NCBI GenBank assembly: GCA_043228905.1
Contig: JBHGNT010000008.1
Coordinates: 13,330,001-13,394,000 of the forward strand
DNA length: 64,000 nucleotides
From: Azolla caroliniana
Taxonomy: Eukaryota; Plantae; Polypodiophyta
Reading direction: 5' to 3'
How positions within the stretch are numbered: the first letter of the stretch is position 1; each line of letters begins with the position of its first letter. The position numbers were made by a program, and so were the translations under genes. The notes beneath the pieces were generated by a model, which was not told where the DNA came from, did not search any database, and saw only the letters and a list, made by a program, of their open reading frames with translations. Below, piece after piece: positions 48,839 through 62,045 of the stretch.

Positions 48839-51628
48839 ATGAAGCTCGTCGCCGGCTCATACGAGAGATTTCTGTGGGGATGGAGAGTAAAGAAGAAGAA
48901 GAAGAAGAAGAACCAGAACCTGAACCAGATTCAGGAAGACGAGGAAGAGGCAACAGAGAACAAGGAAGAAGAAGAAGAAGAAGAAGAAGAAGAAGAAGAT
49001 CAGACAGGGAAGACGTCGATAATAGATCTTCATCAGATCTTCTCGTATCCAGCTCATCTTGGACCCATCAAATGCATCGCTTCTATGGGACCAGTGATGG
49101 CGACAGGTGGAGCAGACGACACCATCAAGGTCTTCGACTCAAACGCACAGAAAGATATGGGAACCCTGATTCAACACACAGGTGCGGTCTCGTCGCTCGC
49201 GTTCTATGGCCATGGTGACCTTCCTTCCCCATATCCAAGCAACCTTCTCAGTGGGTCTGACGATGGAACTGTCTGTATATGGAACACTGAAGCTTGGATA
49301 CTCTACAAGACCATGAAGGGTCACAAGAAAGGAGTTTCTGACCTCACCATCCATCCTTCTGGTCGGATCTGCCTCTCTGTGGGTCGAGATTCGCAGCTTA
49401 ATATGTATGATCTGCTCAAAGGCAGGCGTAGCTTCACAACCAAGCTTCAGAGTGAAGGGTCGCTTATCAGGTTTAGTCCAGAGCAAGGACTTTTTTATTC
49501 TCTTTGTGTGGAGAATAATGTAGTTGTTCACGGTGCTGAAGATGGGCGAGCTTTGCATACCTTTGTTCATGAGAAACGTGTGCTTTGTATGGCTCAGGAA
49601 GAGGTAAATAATATGTCTCTCATCCTTATCAAACACTGTTCTTTCTTCATCTTTTCGTGGATTCCATCCTTTGTCTCTTTGCCACATTGCCTCAGTTGAC
49701 TGTTTTCCACAGCGCTTTTTTATATTATTTCTCTTGTTAAACTGGGCATTTTGTTCACAGATGTTTCTTTCATTTTCTAAATAGCTTCACTTCACTGGTA
49801 TTGCCATTCACTGGTATCGCCATTGCTCACATGAGTTCAATATATTGTCCACAATCCTTGATATCTTTACTGAAACGGAGTATGATCTCTGCGAAAGTCA
49901 CTGCATTGGCTATGGATCATTCATATCTATCTTTTACACCGGAAGATGGATTTCTAGCTGTTGGAAACGCCCGAAATATGTTGGGACCTGCTGAATACCA
50001 TTCCGATCAGGACATAATTGATGTACATGGTTGTTTGTGATATTTGATGTGTATATAAAAATGGCCACATACTCACCTTGAACCCATATCACCTCTTGAT
50101 GTTATGGGGTTGATATAGAGGTTTTGTAAAGTGCATTTTCACACCCAAAGCAGATGCAACAAAAAATAACACAAATTGCAGGCGTAGATGGCATAATACA
50201 CTGAAGCTAGTTTGACATGAGAGACGATCTTCAGAAAAGTCACACCCAAAACATTCAAGAAATATACAAAATTTCTCTTGAGCAAAGAACTGAAGGGCAT
50301 AGGCAATGTTCATTTAAACACACCCTGACACTCTTGTTTCTATCAAAAGCTCTAATAGAACATGTCAAGATAGAATTGATGTATTATTTGTGAATATTTT
50401 ATGAGAAAGCTCTAATATGTCATATTAGGAAAGTTCATTCTGCCTGCATTAACCACAAGGTCTTCTTTCAAGTGGAACCATATGGTTCACTCTTGTACTA
50501 TAGTGACAAATGCAAGTGATTTTTTGGATTTTGGAATGTCACAAGATGATGTTGGCCTGGTTTTCAACCACTTTGTACGTGTGCAGGGTATTGTGGATTT
50601 ACTTTTGCTACACATTTTTTAACCTGACCATTAATTAACTTCCTTATCAACTAGATGGTGCACACTAGGCCCTTCAAGTGTGGGCATCCTATGTTTCATA
50701 TAAACTGTAGGCCCATAATGAGGCAACGACAGAAACCAGATATATAGTGCAGCCAGCAATCATGGCACTTCATAAATCTATACTTTCAGGACCCTTGAAG
50801 AAGATAACAGACAACAAGAAGAGTTTGCTTCTTTTTGTATGGATGAGCGATATCACACACAATGTTGATCATAACAATTGTTGGTCTCATTGATCAATGT
50901 GGCCTCTACAGACTCTAGAGTTTTTAAAACAGCTTTATCATTTTGAACTTCAGGTTCACTGTGTCTGCAATTTTCTATGATAAACTGTAAGTCTAGATTG
51001 TGTCTGTCACTGAGCTTTCACTTCACTGTTTACTGTGGTTTCAGGATAAGCTTCTTTTTACAGCAGGAGAGGACTGTTCGATTAGGGCTTGGGATACAAG
51101 GAGTGCCAAGGTTGCTATCTTCATTGAGAGTGCACATTCAAACAGGATCAGAGGCCTTGCCACATGGGGAACATCAGAAGATGCCCTTTCTTCATATGTA
51201 GCCAGTGCTTCCTCTGATGGCTTCGTTCGAGTGTGGGATGCTCGGTATATTGCAAAACTGGATGTATCAAAGTCCTCAAGAGCCCTGATGGAGGCTGACA
51301 CAAAAGCTCGGCTCACTTGCCTCACTGCTTGCTCGATTCGAAGTATGTTGGACTGACCTTAATCCCTTTATGTTGATGTTTGTATTTGGTATTTTCTGGT
51401 GCTGAAATCTGTTCCATTGCTATTATGGCTTTTTTAGGACGAGTGCAGAAGGCATCTGACATGGAAGACTTCTCTTTGAAGGATGAACTACCATCACCAA
51501 ATGGTCACATATCCAATATATCTACGAAAGATGCTGTCAAGCGGCCTGCCTCAGCATCAGATATCAAATTATCCCAGAATAAGAAGTTGAGGAAAAAATC
51601 AAAAGAAACGAAGGGCTATGATGAATAG
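48839..51628 (+). CDS. WD40 protein, PAK1IP1/MAK11-like 60S ribosome biogenesis factor, 3 exons
   Basis: Exons 48839-49603, 51045-51342, 51438-51628 (GT-AG, frame-consistent). N-terminal LVAGSYERFLWG; WD repeats ATGGADDTIKVFD, LSGSDDGTVCIW, ASASSDGFVRVWD; ARLTCL; basic tail. Confidence 0.9.
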
Positions 51629-52329
51629 GCTTCACATATGACGCCACTTCTATGATGATGATATAATTTATGAGTTTCTTTGCCTGGATCAGGGGTAAAG
51701 ATGAATCATGTTTTGCTCCAGTTCATGGTTCTGCTAAAATGACAGGAAGCATGTGATGTGGAACTAGTTCTATAAAACAAAGAGGAGAGCAGACAGTGAT
51801 TTGAGGGCATTTAGTGTTCATGCAGTTGCTGCTGGAATGCAGACAATTGCGAGATCCAAGTGTTTCACCATTGTGCTCAGTTTTCTCTGCAGATGCTGCT
51901 AAATTTTGTACCCCAGTTCTGAGAAATCAGGAATCAAATTTTTGTTGCCTTTTAGTCTACTGTTACTACATATACCTCTACAAGAGTGAAACCAATGTTT
52001 ATGCCTTAAACTTCAAGGTAGGGATAAGAACCTGGCATGATAACCAGTAAATTTGAGAATTTGTATCATCTCTGTTGCATCTTTGCTCGGAATTAATTTA
52101 ATTTCAAATGATTGTTTTTTTCTACAAGTGAAAGATATTAGCTGAAATTCACTTTAAACATGCAGGCATTGCTTTCACTCAAGTTGTCATATAGTAAATT
52201 TGCGGGTAAAATGAAGTTGGTTTGATTGTTATGCAGTTATTATAACATGATATCATTGATTTTATAAAATTATGAAATGAATATGTTATCTATCATGCTC
52301 CCAGCTTTGCTATATATGATACATACACC

Positions 52330-53513
52330 TTCAAACAGTCAAATCAATTGGGAGTTTGCCATGCGGGAAGAGAAGCCTTGCATGCAAAGTATGCTTGGGA
52401 TTTGGTTAAGTTACCCAAATGTAGTAAGGCCATTCCAAACTATTGGGTATGCAAAATCAAAACTGTTGATGGAAACCCAAGTATAAACCCAAATATAAGG
52501 CAAGGTTGGTTGGTAGGGGATATGGCCAAAAAGAGGGCATTGGTTTCCAAGAGGTTTTCTCTTCGGAGTTTAAGATGTCCACACTATGTATCGTGTTTGC
52601 TCTTAGAGTCACCTTGGTTTTGGAATTATTCCAAATGGATGTGAATATAACCTTTTGCGTTGGGATTTAGAGTAAGAGCTGTACATCAAACATCGAGAAG
52701 GATATGCTACTCCTCGAAAAAAGAGCATTTGGTTTTCAAGTTGAAAAGGAGCTTATATGGGTTGAAACAGGCCCTCAAGCAATGGTATATGAAGTTTGAT
52801 GAATTTATGCTTAAACATGGATTCAAAAGAAGCCATGCGAACCACTGTTTGTACACTAAAAAGGATGAAGTTGGCAGCCCAATTATTCTCGTCTTGTATG
52901 TAGATGATATGTAGGTAGCGGGGAATAAAAAGAGCACTCTGAATGCTCTCAAACAATAGCTGAACTCTCCATTCTCAATGAAATACCTTGGGGAAGTTGA
53001 CCATATTCTTTGTATGTGAATAAAAAGAGATACGCAACAATATACTTTGCATTTATCCCAAGAAAAGTATGTTGAAAAAGTGCTTGACAGATTTAATGTG
53101 GTTAATGCTAAGCCTCTTGGAGTGCCATTGCAACCACATGTAGGCTTTCCAAGGATGATTGTGCCAAAGATGATGATGCAACCAATTACATGAAGAATGT
53201 TCCATATGCATCATCTCGTGGTTCACTCATGCATGCTATGGTTGCCACTTGGCTAAACATTGCTCTTGCAATCAGATTTGGTTGCAGGTTCATGGCTAAT
53301 GCTGATATTGCTCATTGGGAGACAATGAAATTTATCTTGAGATATTTGAAAGGGACCAACCTATGTTATGGAAAGGGTCCATTAGAGGATTTTGTGATTC
53401 AGACATGGCAAGTGATGTAGATACATGCAAGTCCACAAGTGGCAATGTATAAGCCCTTGCATGTGGAGCTATTTCATGGTGCTCTAGACTTCAGAGGATA
53501 GTCGCACTATCTA
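52330..53513 (+). pseudogene. Decayed Ty1/copia RT-RNase H
   Basis: KLKRSLYGLKQA; ILVLYVDDM; VPYAS; many stops and frameshifts. Confidence 0.88.
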
Positions 53514-54622
53514 CTACATTATCACTTTGTGCGTGAGCGGGTCCTGAACGGTGAAGTTGAACTTCGGTATGTTCACATAGATCGGCAAGCTGCCGATATC
53601 TTTACCAAGCCACTCAGATCGGACAAGTTGCATCACTTTTCGGAGATGCTTGACATTCAACGTCTCAAGGTGCCGCACTTTAGGGGGAGAATAGGAATAG
53701 GAACGGGAACAGATGGAACCGGACAAGGAGCCCGAGAGGAAGAAAGAACCAAGGGGGGAGATAAGCAGAAAACGGAAGCCGAGCTGACCAAAGGAGTCGG
53801 CACATCCGAACAATTCAGAGCAAGCGGTAGAGGCGGCAAGGGCGATCGGAAGCAGGCCGAGACCTTGACATGGTCTGATATTGTGAAGGGCCTGAAACCG
53901 GAAGACGAGTTGGGAACTAACGACTCAGACAAGAGCCGGAACGAATCGGGAGTGATTGATTCAGACAAGAGTTGGAACGAATCGGAGACAACTGGTTCGG
54001 TTCAACAGTGGGATTCAGAAGAGTCGGATCAACTAAAGGTCAAGTGGACAAGGATGTAGCGGAAGTCGACGCCAACACGAAGGAATTGATGAGGCAACGA
54101 GCGCCGAAGTCGTAATAACGAGGGAACTGAAATGGGCTTGATGAGCAGACAAGTCTACTGAGAAGGTCAAGGTGCGCAGAATCGGGCGGGTCGCAGGAAG
54201 CGGAACCAGACTGGGCGAGGAGCGCGAGCAAGGCAAGATGATACCATGATCTGACCTCAAGTTGAGCTTGAGGGGGAGTGTTGAGCGGGCAAGCTCAACC
54301 GGATTCGGATGGACATCCAGAGCCAAGAGCTGGATCGGTATCTGGAAACAACCGGCCGGATCGGGGAGATGGATCGGAGAACCGGATTCGAGTGCGAACC
54401 GGAAGCCTAGTAGTAGCCTAGACTATTAGGTAGTTGTCTCGTAGTTAGTGTCAATCGCTCGTAGGAACATTGAAGTAGATTGTACTTCTGTCAGTTCTTC
54501 TAAGGACTTGCATAAATGGTGTTGTGTAAGAACATTGTATGTACACAGAGAACTATTGTTTTTGAATCCACTTTTACGTGCTGAGCCGGTTTGTCGAACG
54601 CTTCCGCACGTTTACTTTAACA
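53514..54622 (+). mobile_element. Ty1/copia copy E (RNase H end, extension, 3' LTR 54279-54622)
   Basis: HYHFVRERVLNGEV...QAADIFTKPL; PPT GAGGGGGAG then TGTTGAG. Confidence 0.9.
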
Positions 54623-55438
54623 ATGACCTATCCCTAGAACTCTCCATTGCTCAAGAACGACACAAAGAGAAGGATGATTGACATCAGCGGGTTGCACTTG
54701 GTTTTAAAGTTGGTGACATGGTCTAGCTATTACGTCGACATATTCCGAGAACTCGCCCATGCAACAAACTCGATTACAAAAAGTTGGGTCCGTTTTGCAT
54801 CATTGACAAAGTCAACCCTGTGGCTTTCCTTCTTGCTCTTCCATCACACTACTAAATTCACAATGTCTTCCATGGATCACTTCTTGAGCTCTATCATCCA
54901 TCCTCAATTCCAGGAAGAAGCATTGAGCTACCCCCTGCTTGTGGCTTTGGCGACTGGGAATGAGTATGAAGTCGAGACCATTCTAGACTCGCGCAAGAGC
55001 CGACGGAAGCTCAAGTATCTGGTCTTGTGGAAAGGATATCCCATCTTTGAGGCCACATGGGAACCCGCTAGAAATTATTCAATGCCCCGGAAGTAGTTCA
55101 TGATTTTCATCTCCGATATCCTCACAAACCCACACCTTCTTGAAGTCGGCGCTTAAGGGGAGGATAATGTCATGAACATCGACTTGAATTTTACCCTTAG
55201 GTTCTTGTATATATATATTTCTCCTAGAAAAACTTTAGTTTTTAAACCTTTGTATAAAGAGTGGTATATAAGACTGAGTATATAAGACTTGGCATGAGCA
55301 TGCTTATCATGCTTCACTACATGTATAAAAAGGTTTAATCTCCCTTGTTAACATCAAGGAAATCAACACCAGTCATGGAATAGATATTCTTACTCATTGT
55401 CATAAACTTTATCTTCCAATTGTTCATCCGTGACGACA
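54623..55438 (+). mobile_element. 3' end of a chromovirus with a canonical chromodomain, PPT and LTR (55168 to about 55438)
   Basis: EYEVETILDSRKSRRKLKYLVLWKGYPIFEATWEP; AAGGGGAGGA PPT then TGTCA. Confidence 0.88.
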
Positions 55439-55670
55439 GGTGTGTGGGAAAGATTGTGCCAGATATGGTAGAGTTGAATCTCAATGAACCCGTACGGATC
55501 CTCAAAAGACTAACAGTAAATATCTCCCTAACAAATGCTTATAACCTCGAAGCCAATGGGAAGATAGAGTGTGGACAACGGTCCCATAGTCAATCCTATT
55601 GTTAGAGCTTGTGGAGGAAGATTCGAAGATTGACCTCAATTATTGCCTTATGCCTTGTGGGTCGATCATC
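55439..55670 (+). pseudogene. Gypsy integrase core fragment related to 19870-20110
   Basis: CVGKIV...YNLEANGKIECG; LLPYALW. Confidence 0.7.
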
Positions 55671-58629
55671 TTAGTTAACACTACCCTCTTATATATTCTA
55701 TGTAAAGGAAGTGTTCACACTAGAACACTATGGTCAGAGTAGGACTTTTAGTCCAATAGAGAGGAGGGCTCATTCTGGTTTTTAGTCTTTGATGATTTTG
55801 TATGTGATATTTTTTGAGTTTTAAGCTTTTCATTTTTTCCTCCTCCTCATCTTCTTCTTGGTAATGCTCTTCTTAAGAGTTTAGGGTTTTGTAGGTGGGT
55901 GTGTGAGAGTGTAGTTGGACACCTCTCCTTCAACCTCTTTCCTTGTGTTGGAGTTTAGCTACCGATTGAGGAAGGAAGCATAAATCAACCCGAGGATACT
56001 ACATCAACAAAAGATATCGTTAAAGTTTGCAATGGCATAGACTCCAGTGTTAAAGGCCAAAAATCCATATTGAGCTTGTAAAAAGAGGGGGGTTGTTTGA
56101 ACCCAATGTTGTTGGTGGTAATTCCTTGCTTGATATGGATGCTAAATGTGGTTGGATTGCTGAAGCTACATGAGTATTCAATACTTTTCTAGTTAAATAT
56201 GTTACAATATTCTTTGTAATAGTGGACTGTTTTGTATATTGCCTTTGACCACTTTATGTTAATACCAATGGAGGATATTTTTATTGGTAAACAAAAGATA
56301 TCGTTCGCGTTGATCATAGACAAGGCATTGGCAACACCACTAACCTCGGATCCACACAAAAGCTCAACCATATCATTTTCATTAATTTCTTGTAAAAACC
56401 CTAAGTGGTCATGTTGTAAAATCCATCATAATTGAGGAATTATTTGGTGAACCCCAATATATTAATGGATTTTCTCATATGATCATGTGTTTATTTGGTC
56501 TTAATCAAGTGTTTGTTGTAATAATAAGACGTAGTTAACCCTAGTCCCATGTTAATCACTTTAAGTACCATTATAGAGAGAGAGAGAATGAGTCAGTGTG
56601 TGTGAGAGAGAGACCTAATTGCGGCACCAACGAAAGTAGAGAGACCTTCAAGTCACATGAATGTTCGACTCTAGCGAGCTTTCGAGTACAACGAAAGTTC
56701 AACTCCAACTTGAAGGTTAGTTGGAGCTAACCTCAACTCTAGTGAGTCCTCGATTATGAACCACCCTCAATTGAAGCAAGTCTTCGTTCTCAATAGTGCT
56801 AATTTACCAAAAAGAGGAAGTTATATGAAGAAACCCACAAAGGGGTTTTAAGGATCTTCTTGCACAACATCACATCCTCCATGGTTCAAGTTCTTTGTGT
56901 TCCTATTTGAGTAGCATAGGCATGTGCATTTAAACGACAATGTGAATGTAAACGGTCACCCAATTAGTTTGAAGAAAAAATAGAAAATCAATGGTTACTA
57001 CAGAAAAATAGCGCTCACCATGTACAATGTTGAAACTAGACTAAAAACAGCGGAAAAATTTTAGAGTATGAAGGAAAAAAACAAAAAAATTGAAAACCAA
57101 ATGATTAGCAAGCTAACTTCTAGGCAACTTTTGTGGATTACTAAGAAAACTAAACACTATAAATTATATGACCTAGTAGCACAAAACAAAGTACTAAAAA
57201 CATAATTTGTTTTGCCTCTTTGCCTTTTTGTCTATTCCAAGGTCAATGAAAACTTGCTTTGGGAGCTTATGAACGGCTCGTAGTTGGTTTCAAGCATTAG
57301 TCTTATTCCGATAGTGGCGTCAAATAGATGTGTGGTTTCCGTGTGCATGACACCGAAACACTTCTATGAATCAATGGAGTTCTACCTCCACGTCGATATC
57401 GTTGACCAAAGGATCAATAGCTTCGTTTAAACCCTATTTGTACTAAACCAAGTGTGAGTGGTTATCAATCACCCCGGGCATCTAGTCTTGCAACCCTAGT
57501 ATAACTACCACTCACACTCACTCTCTTGTGCTTTAGCTCTCTATCTTAATAGAAGATTACCATTAAACACACATACACATAGAAAGAATAAAAGATGAGA
57601 TAAACATTGTTTCTATTATGAGTATGTTTATGACACACATAGAGGAGGTATAGTGATCAGGGTTTGGGCTAATTAGCACTTAACCTTAATCACTAGTTGG
57701 CTTAAGTGAAAGATCGAGAGGAAAGAGTTAGAGCTCTAGTACAACTATGTGAAAGAAGAAAACCCCCGAAGCAAGAAGAGCTGCTAAAGTCACTAAAAGG
57801 TGGCTTTTATTGCTTTTTACAATGAGATTAGGTCTCTTTCACATTAGGGTGGCCATTCTAAGCATTTGTGTCATTTTCAACATGTCCTTGAAGTTATTGT
57901 ATTCTTGATTTTTGATTATATATAAGAACTTTTGCGAATCATTCGTGTACTACTTGCATAAGCTCATAGACTTTCCTTGTTTTATTCTAGGTTCATGACA
58001 TGTAGTAGATGTTGTTGGTTTAGGGTAGCTAGCTAGCACTTGGTTAGAAAAAATGGCCATAATGGAACAATCTTGAATCCAATTCTCATAGGGCTCATAA
58101 TACTAAAAGTGCCTCGATAAGATGGCAAAATCTGCAGAAATGCAACTCTTTATACATATATGTAATTTCGAAATGACATACATAAGATATCATTGAAATG
58201 CCAATTTTGACAATCCTCCCCCAGTTGATGGGTTTTAAATGATCAACCTATATATATATGTATATATATATATAACACAAGAACCCCAAAACTACCTATA
58301 TTTAGCTTGACGTGTTGAAACTTGAGCGGACCACACGCTTATGTTTATTTAAAGAAGGATCGAGGCTTAACAAAGCCACCCTAATGACATTGACAACGTA
58401 AAAGGGGTGTGTGTGCAAAAACTCCTAGGTACACGAGACCCACTTTGTGTAGGTACCTTTTTTGTGTGTGTGGGTTTGGGGTGGGTGTGCGTGTCTCATG
58501 TCAAACGTCAATCCACCCTCTCTCTCTCTCTCTCTCTTGATTGTGGCCAAACAAATTTCTCTCTTGTCTTGCTAACTAACTACATAACTAACTACTCAGA
58601 GAGGCGGGAGAGTATCTGACATGGCAGAT

Positions 58630-58870
58630 GTGACACGTGGCCACCACCGAATATGCTCCTCCTCTACCCCCCCAAAAAATGAAAAAGAAAACGAGAGGCC
58701 GAGGAGCACGCTGACGTGTCCAAGCAGGGCGGGGTAAGTGGGGCACGACACGTAGGACTGCTCTGCTGACACGACGTGGAAAGCTGGTCCTTTATGCAAA
58801 TTGTGGTCCAGATTCCTGAGGGTGACGTGTCCGGTCGGAGACCACGTCCGAAGCACCTCTATATATCTCA
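58630..58870 (+). promoter_or_regulatory. FAD4 promoter: G-box/ABRE cluster and TATA
   Basis: ACACGTGG at 58633; further ACGT cores at 58714, 58750, 58774, 58825 and 58844; TATATAT at 58860. Confidence 0.65.
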
Positions 58871-58908
58871 TATAAGCAACCAAGCAACCAAGCGATGGCA
58901 GCAGAAGC

Positions 58909-58953
58909 AGAAGAAGAAGAAGAAGAAGAAGAAGAAGAAGAAGAAGAAGAAGA
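58909..58953. repeat. (AAG)n microsatellite in the probable FAD4 5' UTR
   Basis: About 15 AAG units. Confidence 0.9.
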
Positions 58954-59037
58954 AAAGGAAGGAAAGCAAAGGAAAGGAAAGGAAGAGGAAGGAAGAGAGG
59001 GAGGCGTCTGACCATCGCCATTCCTCCTCCTCCCTCC

Positions 59038-60075
59038 ATGGCTATGGCTGCTGCTGCTATTGCTTCTCTCAAATGTGGTGTGAGCCCTCCTCCATTCTAC
59101 CGATGTTCCCCTCCCACCCCCACCAGATCCTCCGCCCCCAGATCGCACGTGCCACACGTGGCAGCTAGCAACCCTCACGTGACTGCCCGCAGCCGCCAAC
59201 CGGAAGGCATCGATTCTAAGAGCCTCCAGCCTGCCACAAGGTCCTTCGAGAATCATCAGAATCATGCCTTGGCCGTCGATACGGCCACTGGAGAGGAGCT
59301 GGCAGAGGAGATGGGTATGCGCGAGACGCCCCTGGAATCCACGTGGGAGCATAGGGTGTGGGTGGGGGCGGCGGCGGTTGCTGTCGCTGGCCTCATGATG
59401 AAGGGCATGGTGGCCGCCTCGGCCGGGAATCCGGCAGAGATTCTTCCCGGGATGGCGGCCACATGCCTTGCGGGATACTTCACTGCGGATCTAGCCACAG
59501 GAATCTACCATTGGGCGATCGACAACTACGGGGATGCCAGCACTCCTGTCTTTGGCCCACAGATCGATGCCTTCCAAGGCCACCACAAACGCCCCTGGAC
59601 CATCACGAAACGGCAAGTGGCCAACAATCTCCATGGCCTCGCCCGGCCGGCCATGTTCGCACTCCTTCCTTTCCTCCTCGCCAATGACGGCCAGATACCA
59701 GCTTCCGTGGACACCTTCGTAGCATCGCTCACGGGGTTCGTGGTGCTGTGCCAGCAGTTCCACGCGTGGGCCCACTCGAAGCGGTCCGAGCTTCCGGCAA
59801 TTGTGGTAATGCTACAGGAGGCCGGTGTGTTGGTGAGCCGGAAGATGCACGGGGCACACCACCGGCACCCGTTCGATCGGAACTACAGCATTGTCAGTGG
59901 TGTATGGAACCCGATACTCGACAATTCTGGATTCTTCCGGCATGCCGAGCGCTTCATCTTCGTGAGGTGGGGGGTGGCACCGAGGTCTTGGTCGTCTGAC
60001 GGCCACGACAAATGGCAACAGGAAGGTTCCTACTTCTCGGATGGGACAGACATTGACCACCAAGAAGGCCTCTAG
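59038..60075 (+). CDS. FAD4: Fatty acid desaturase 4 (chloroplast phosphatidylglycerol delta-3-trans desaturase, TMEM189/Kua family)
   Basis: Intronless 345 aa; Ser/Pro/Ala-rich transit peptide; LESTWEHR; GIYHWAIDNYG; His boxes QGHH, HAWAH, HGAHH; NYSIVSGVWN. Confidence 0.95.
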   Translation: MAMAAAAIASLKCGVSPPPFYRCSPPTPTRSSAPRSHVPHVAASNPHVTARSRQPEGIDSKSLQPATRSFENHQNHALAVDTATGEELAEEMGMRETPLESTWEHRVWVGAAAVAVAGLMMKGMVAASAGNPAEILPGMAATCLAGYFTADLATGIYHWAIDNYGDASTPVFGPQIDAFQGHHKRPWTITKRQVANNLHGLARPAMFALLPFLLANDGQIPASVDTFVASLTGFVVLCQQFHAWAHSKRSELPAIVVMLQEAGVLVSRKMHGAHHRHPFDRNYSIVSGVWNPILDNSGFFRHAERFIFVRWGVAPRSWSSDGHDKWQQEGSYFSDGTDIDHQEGL

Positions 60076-60613
60076 TGCTCTTCTTGATCATGTACATACA
60101 TATAAACAAGAAGGAAAGAAAGGAAAAAATGAAAGCATTTGTAATTAGCATTCTTGGAAGGCCATGCCAATATATTCTTTTGGACACACTCTGAACTTTG
60201 GTTTGGGAATCGTAGTAGTTGTTGTTTGTTATAATAATAATAATGTATATAGGGCTTGAATTTTGAATGCTTTGCCAAACTCAAGCCCTAGAAAGCCTTA
60301 GAGAACGGCATATGGGAGAATGCATGTATACTTTATCCCTCTCGTGCCATTATGAATGCTTGTTCTAATGTGTAGTTGATTGACTGATCGATCAAGGGTG
60401 CATTTGTTACATGAAAGAACTAAAAACGTATGTCTAGAATGTCAGACAAGTTCCCTTCTCCTTACTCATTAGCTCCACTCATTTTCAAATGCATTCCAAG
60501 TGTTGTTGGATTGTAACGGAAAGGCTACATAAATGTAAAGACGAAATGGACAACCATTACATTGATAGGCTATATGTGTTTTTTGTCATTCCTACTATGT
60601 ACTAAAAGCCTAC

Positions 60614-61252
60614 TTGGGATTTCTTGCCTCCATCAATGGAACTCTATGGGGCGGTAACATCCCTAAATCTATCTGGAATGAGTTTCAAAATGTCCAAAAA
60701 CATTTTCTTACAAAGTTTCTACAAGTTAAGAAACAAACACCATACACCCTCCTCCTCCTTGAGATGGTATTGCTTCCCATTGAGATCATGGCCATGGAAA
60801 GGGTTGTTAAATACATGCTTAAGGTTCAAAAAAGTCTCTCACAAATTTTTTTATGTTCCAGTTGGATGCAAGATATGGAAAAATGGTTTGGTAGATGGGA
60901 TGCAAGACACTTGCTTCATGATGCATCGCTAGATTCCTTTGTAAATGAGGCCTTTTTGCAATGCCAATGTATCATGACATGGGACAAATGTGGAGGCTCA
61001 CACTTCACACATTATACTACACATGTTGCACCTAACTACAAAACCATATTCTTCGCAGAATGGGGAACCGTACAGATCGATACATGTTAGAGACCATCCC
61101 GTTATTTGCTATTCAAACCATTGCTTCCATGCGACTTAACTCCCATGCATTGCGATGTGAGACATGGCGTTGGGGCCCAAGTGATGAGAGTGGTCGGCTA
61201 TGCACACTTTGCCCTAAACAAGTTTGAGAGTCTGAGTATCACACTTTGATAC
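60614..61252 (+). mobile_element. LINE 3' remnant
   Basis: Post-RT region (QKHFLTKFLQVKKQTPY...LLPIE) and C-terminal RLCTLC...ESEYH zinc-binding motif; cut by an LTR at 61253. Confidence 0.7.
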
Positions 61253-62045
61253 TGATGAGAATCGATTGGCCACAACCGGTTCCTATTCGTGCGTATGCGG
61301 GCACAACAACCGAGAAGACAGATGTACAGAAAACAGAAAGCGAAAAATACCAAGATGTAGAAAACTCGAATGGGGAAAAAAAACCACATGGAGTCCACAA
61401 ACTCCAAACTAATCACTATAAGGGGAGGAGTACAACAAGTGGATTCAATGCAACAACCTTTAACACTTCTTCGTCCTTTGACGGCTACAGGGTTACACAC
61501 ACACACACACACACATTCCTCTCTAGTTACAGAGGCAACTACTTTCTTCCAACTATTTCACAATGATCAACTACACGAATGATTCACACAATCATAAGAT
61601 TTGCCCTAGTTGTATTTATACTAATACAACTTTCAAGGCTATTTACAGATATAGTTCCAATGGGCACATTTAGACTATTTACAAATATAGCCTCCCCAAT
61701 CGGCTATTAAATTGATTATTCGATTTGTCGATTTTCAATCATTTGATTTTTGGCCTCGGCCGAATTTCCTATCGAATCTCAATCCGATTCGGCTCGTAAC
61801 CTTCCCATCTGGAGGGACTTGTACCCCAACAAACTCCCCCTTCACTCCGGCTTGGGGTACTTCACTAGCCCGACTCTTTGTCAACACGCATCCAACTTTT
61901 CGGCCGACAACACCTTCATCAACATTTCCGACCCATTCTTAGCTGTGTGGGGATCTTCATCAGAGCAAACTCCTTTTCTTCTACTCGTTCTCGGAGCCAA
62001 TGGTATCTTCTTTGGATGTGCTTGGTCCTTGAGTGGTAGGCAACA
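61253..62045 (-). repeat. Copia-type LTR (no matching TSD)
   Basis: TG...CA termini; left end homologous to 63718-63900; minus-strand TATAAATA near 61615. Confidence 0.65.

Noticed and set aside
55700-58300. Possible genes or elements in this intergenic stretch
   Set aside because: No ORF, terminal repeat or motif I could support; probably decayed repeats.
58596-59352. Poly-Leu, poly-Ser and poly-Lys ORFs overlapping the FAD4 5' region
   Set aside because: Produced by the (AAG)n microsatellite and GC-rich antisense frames.
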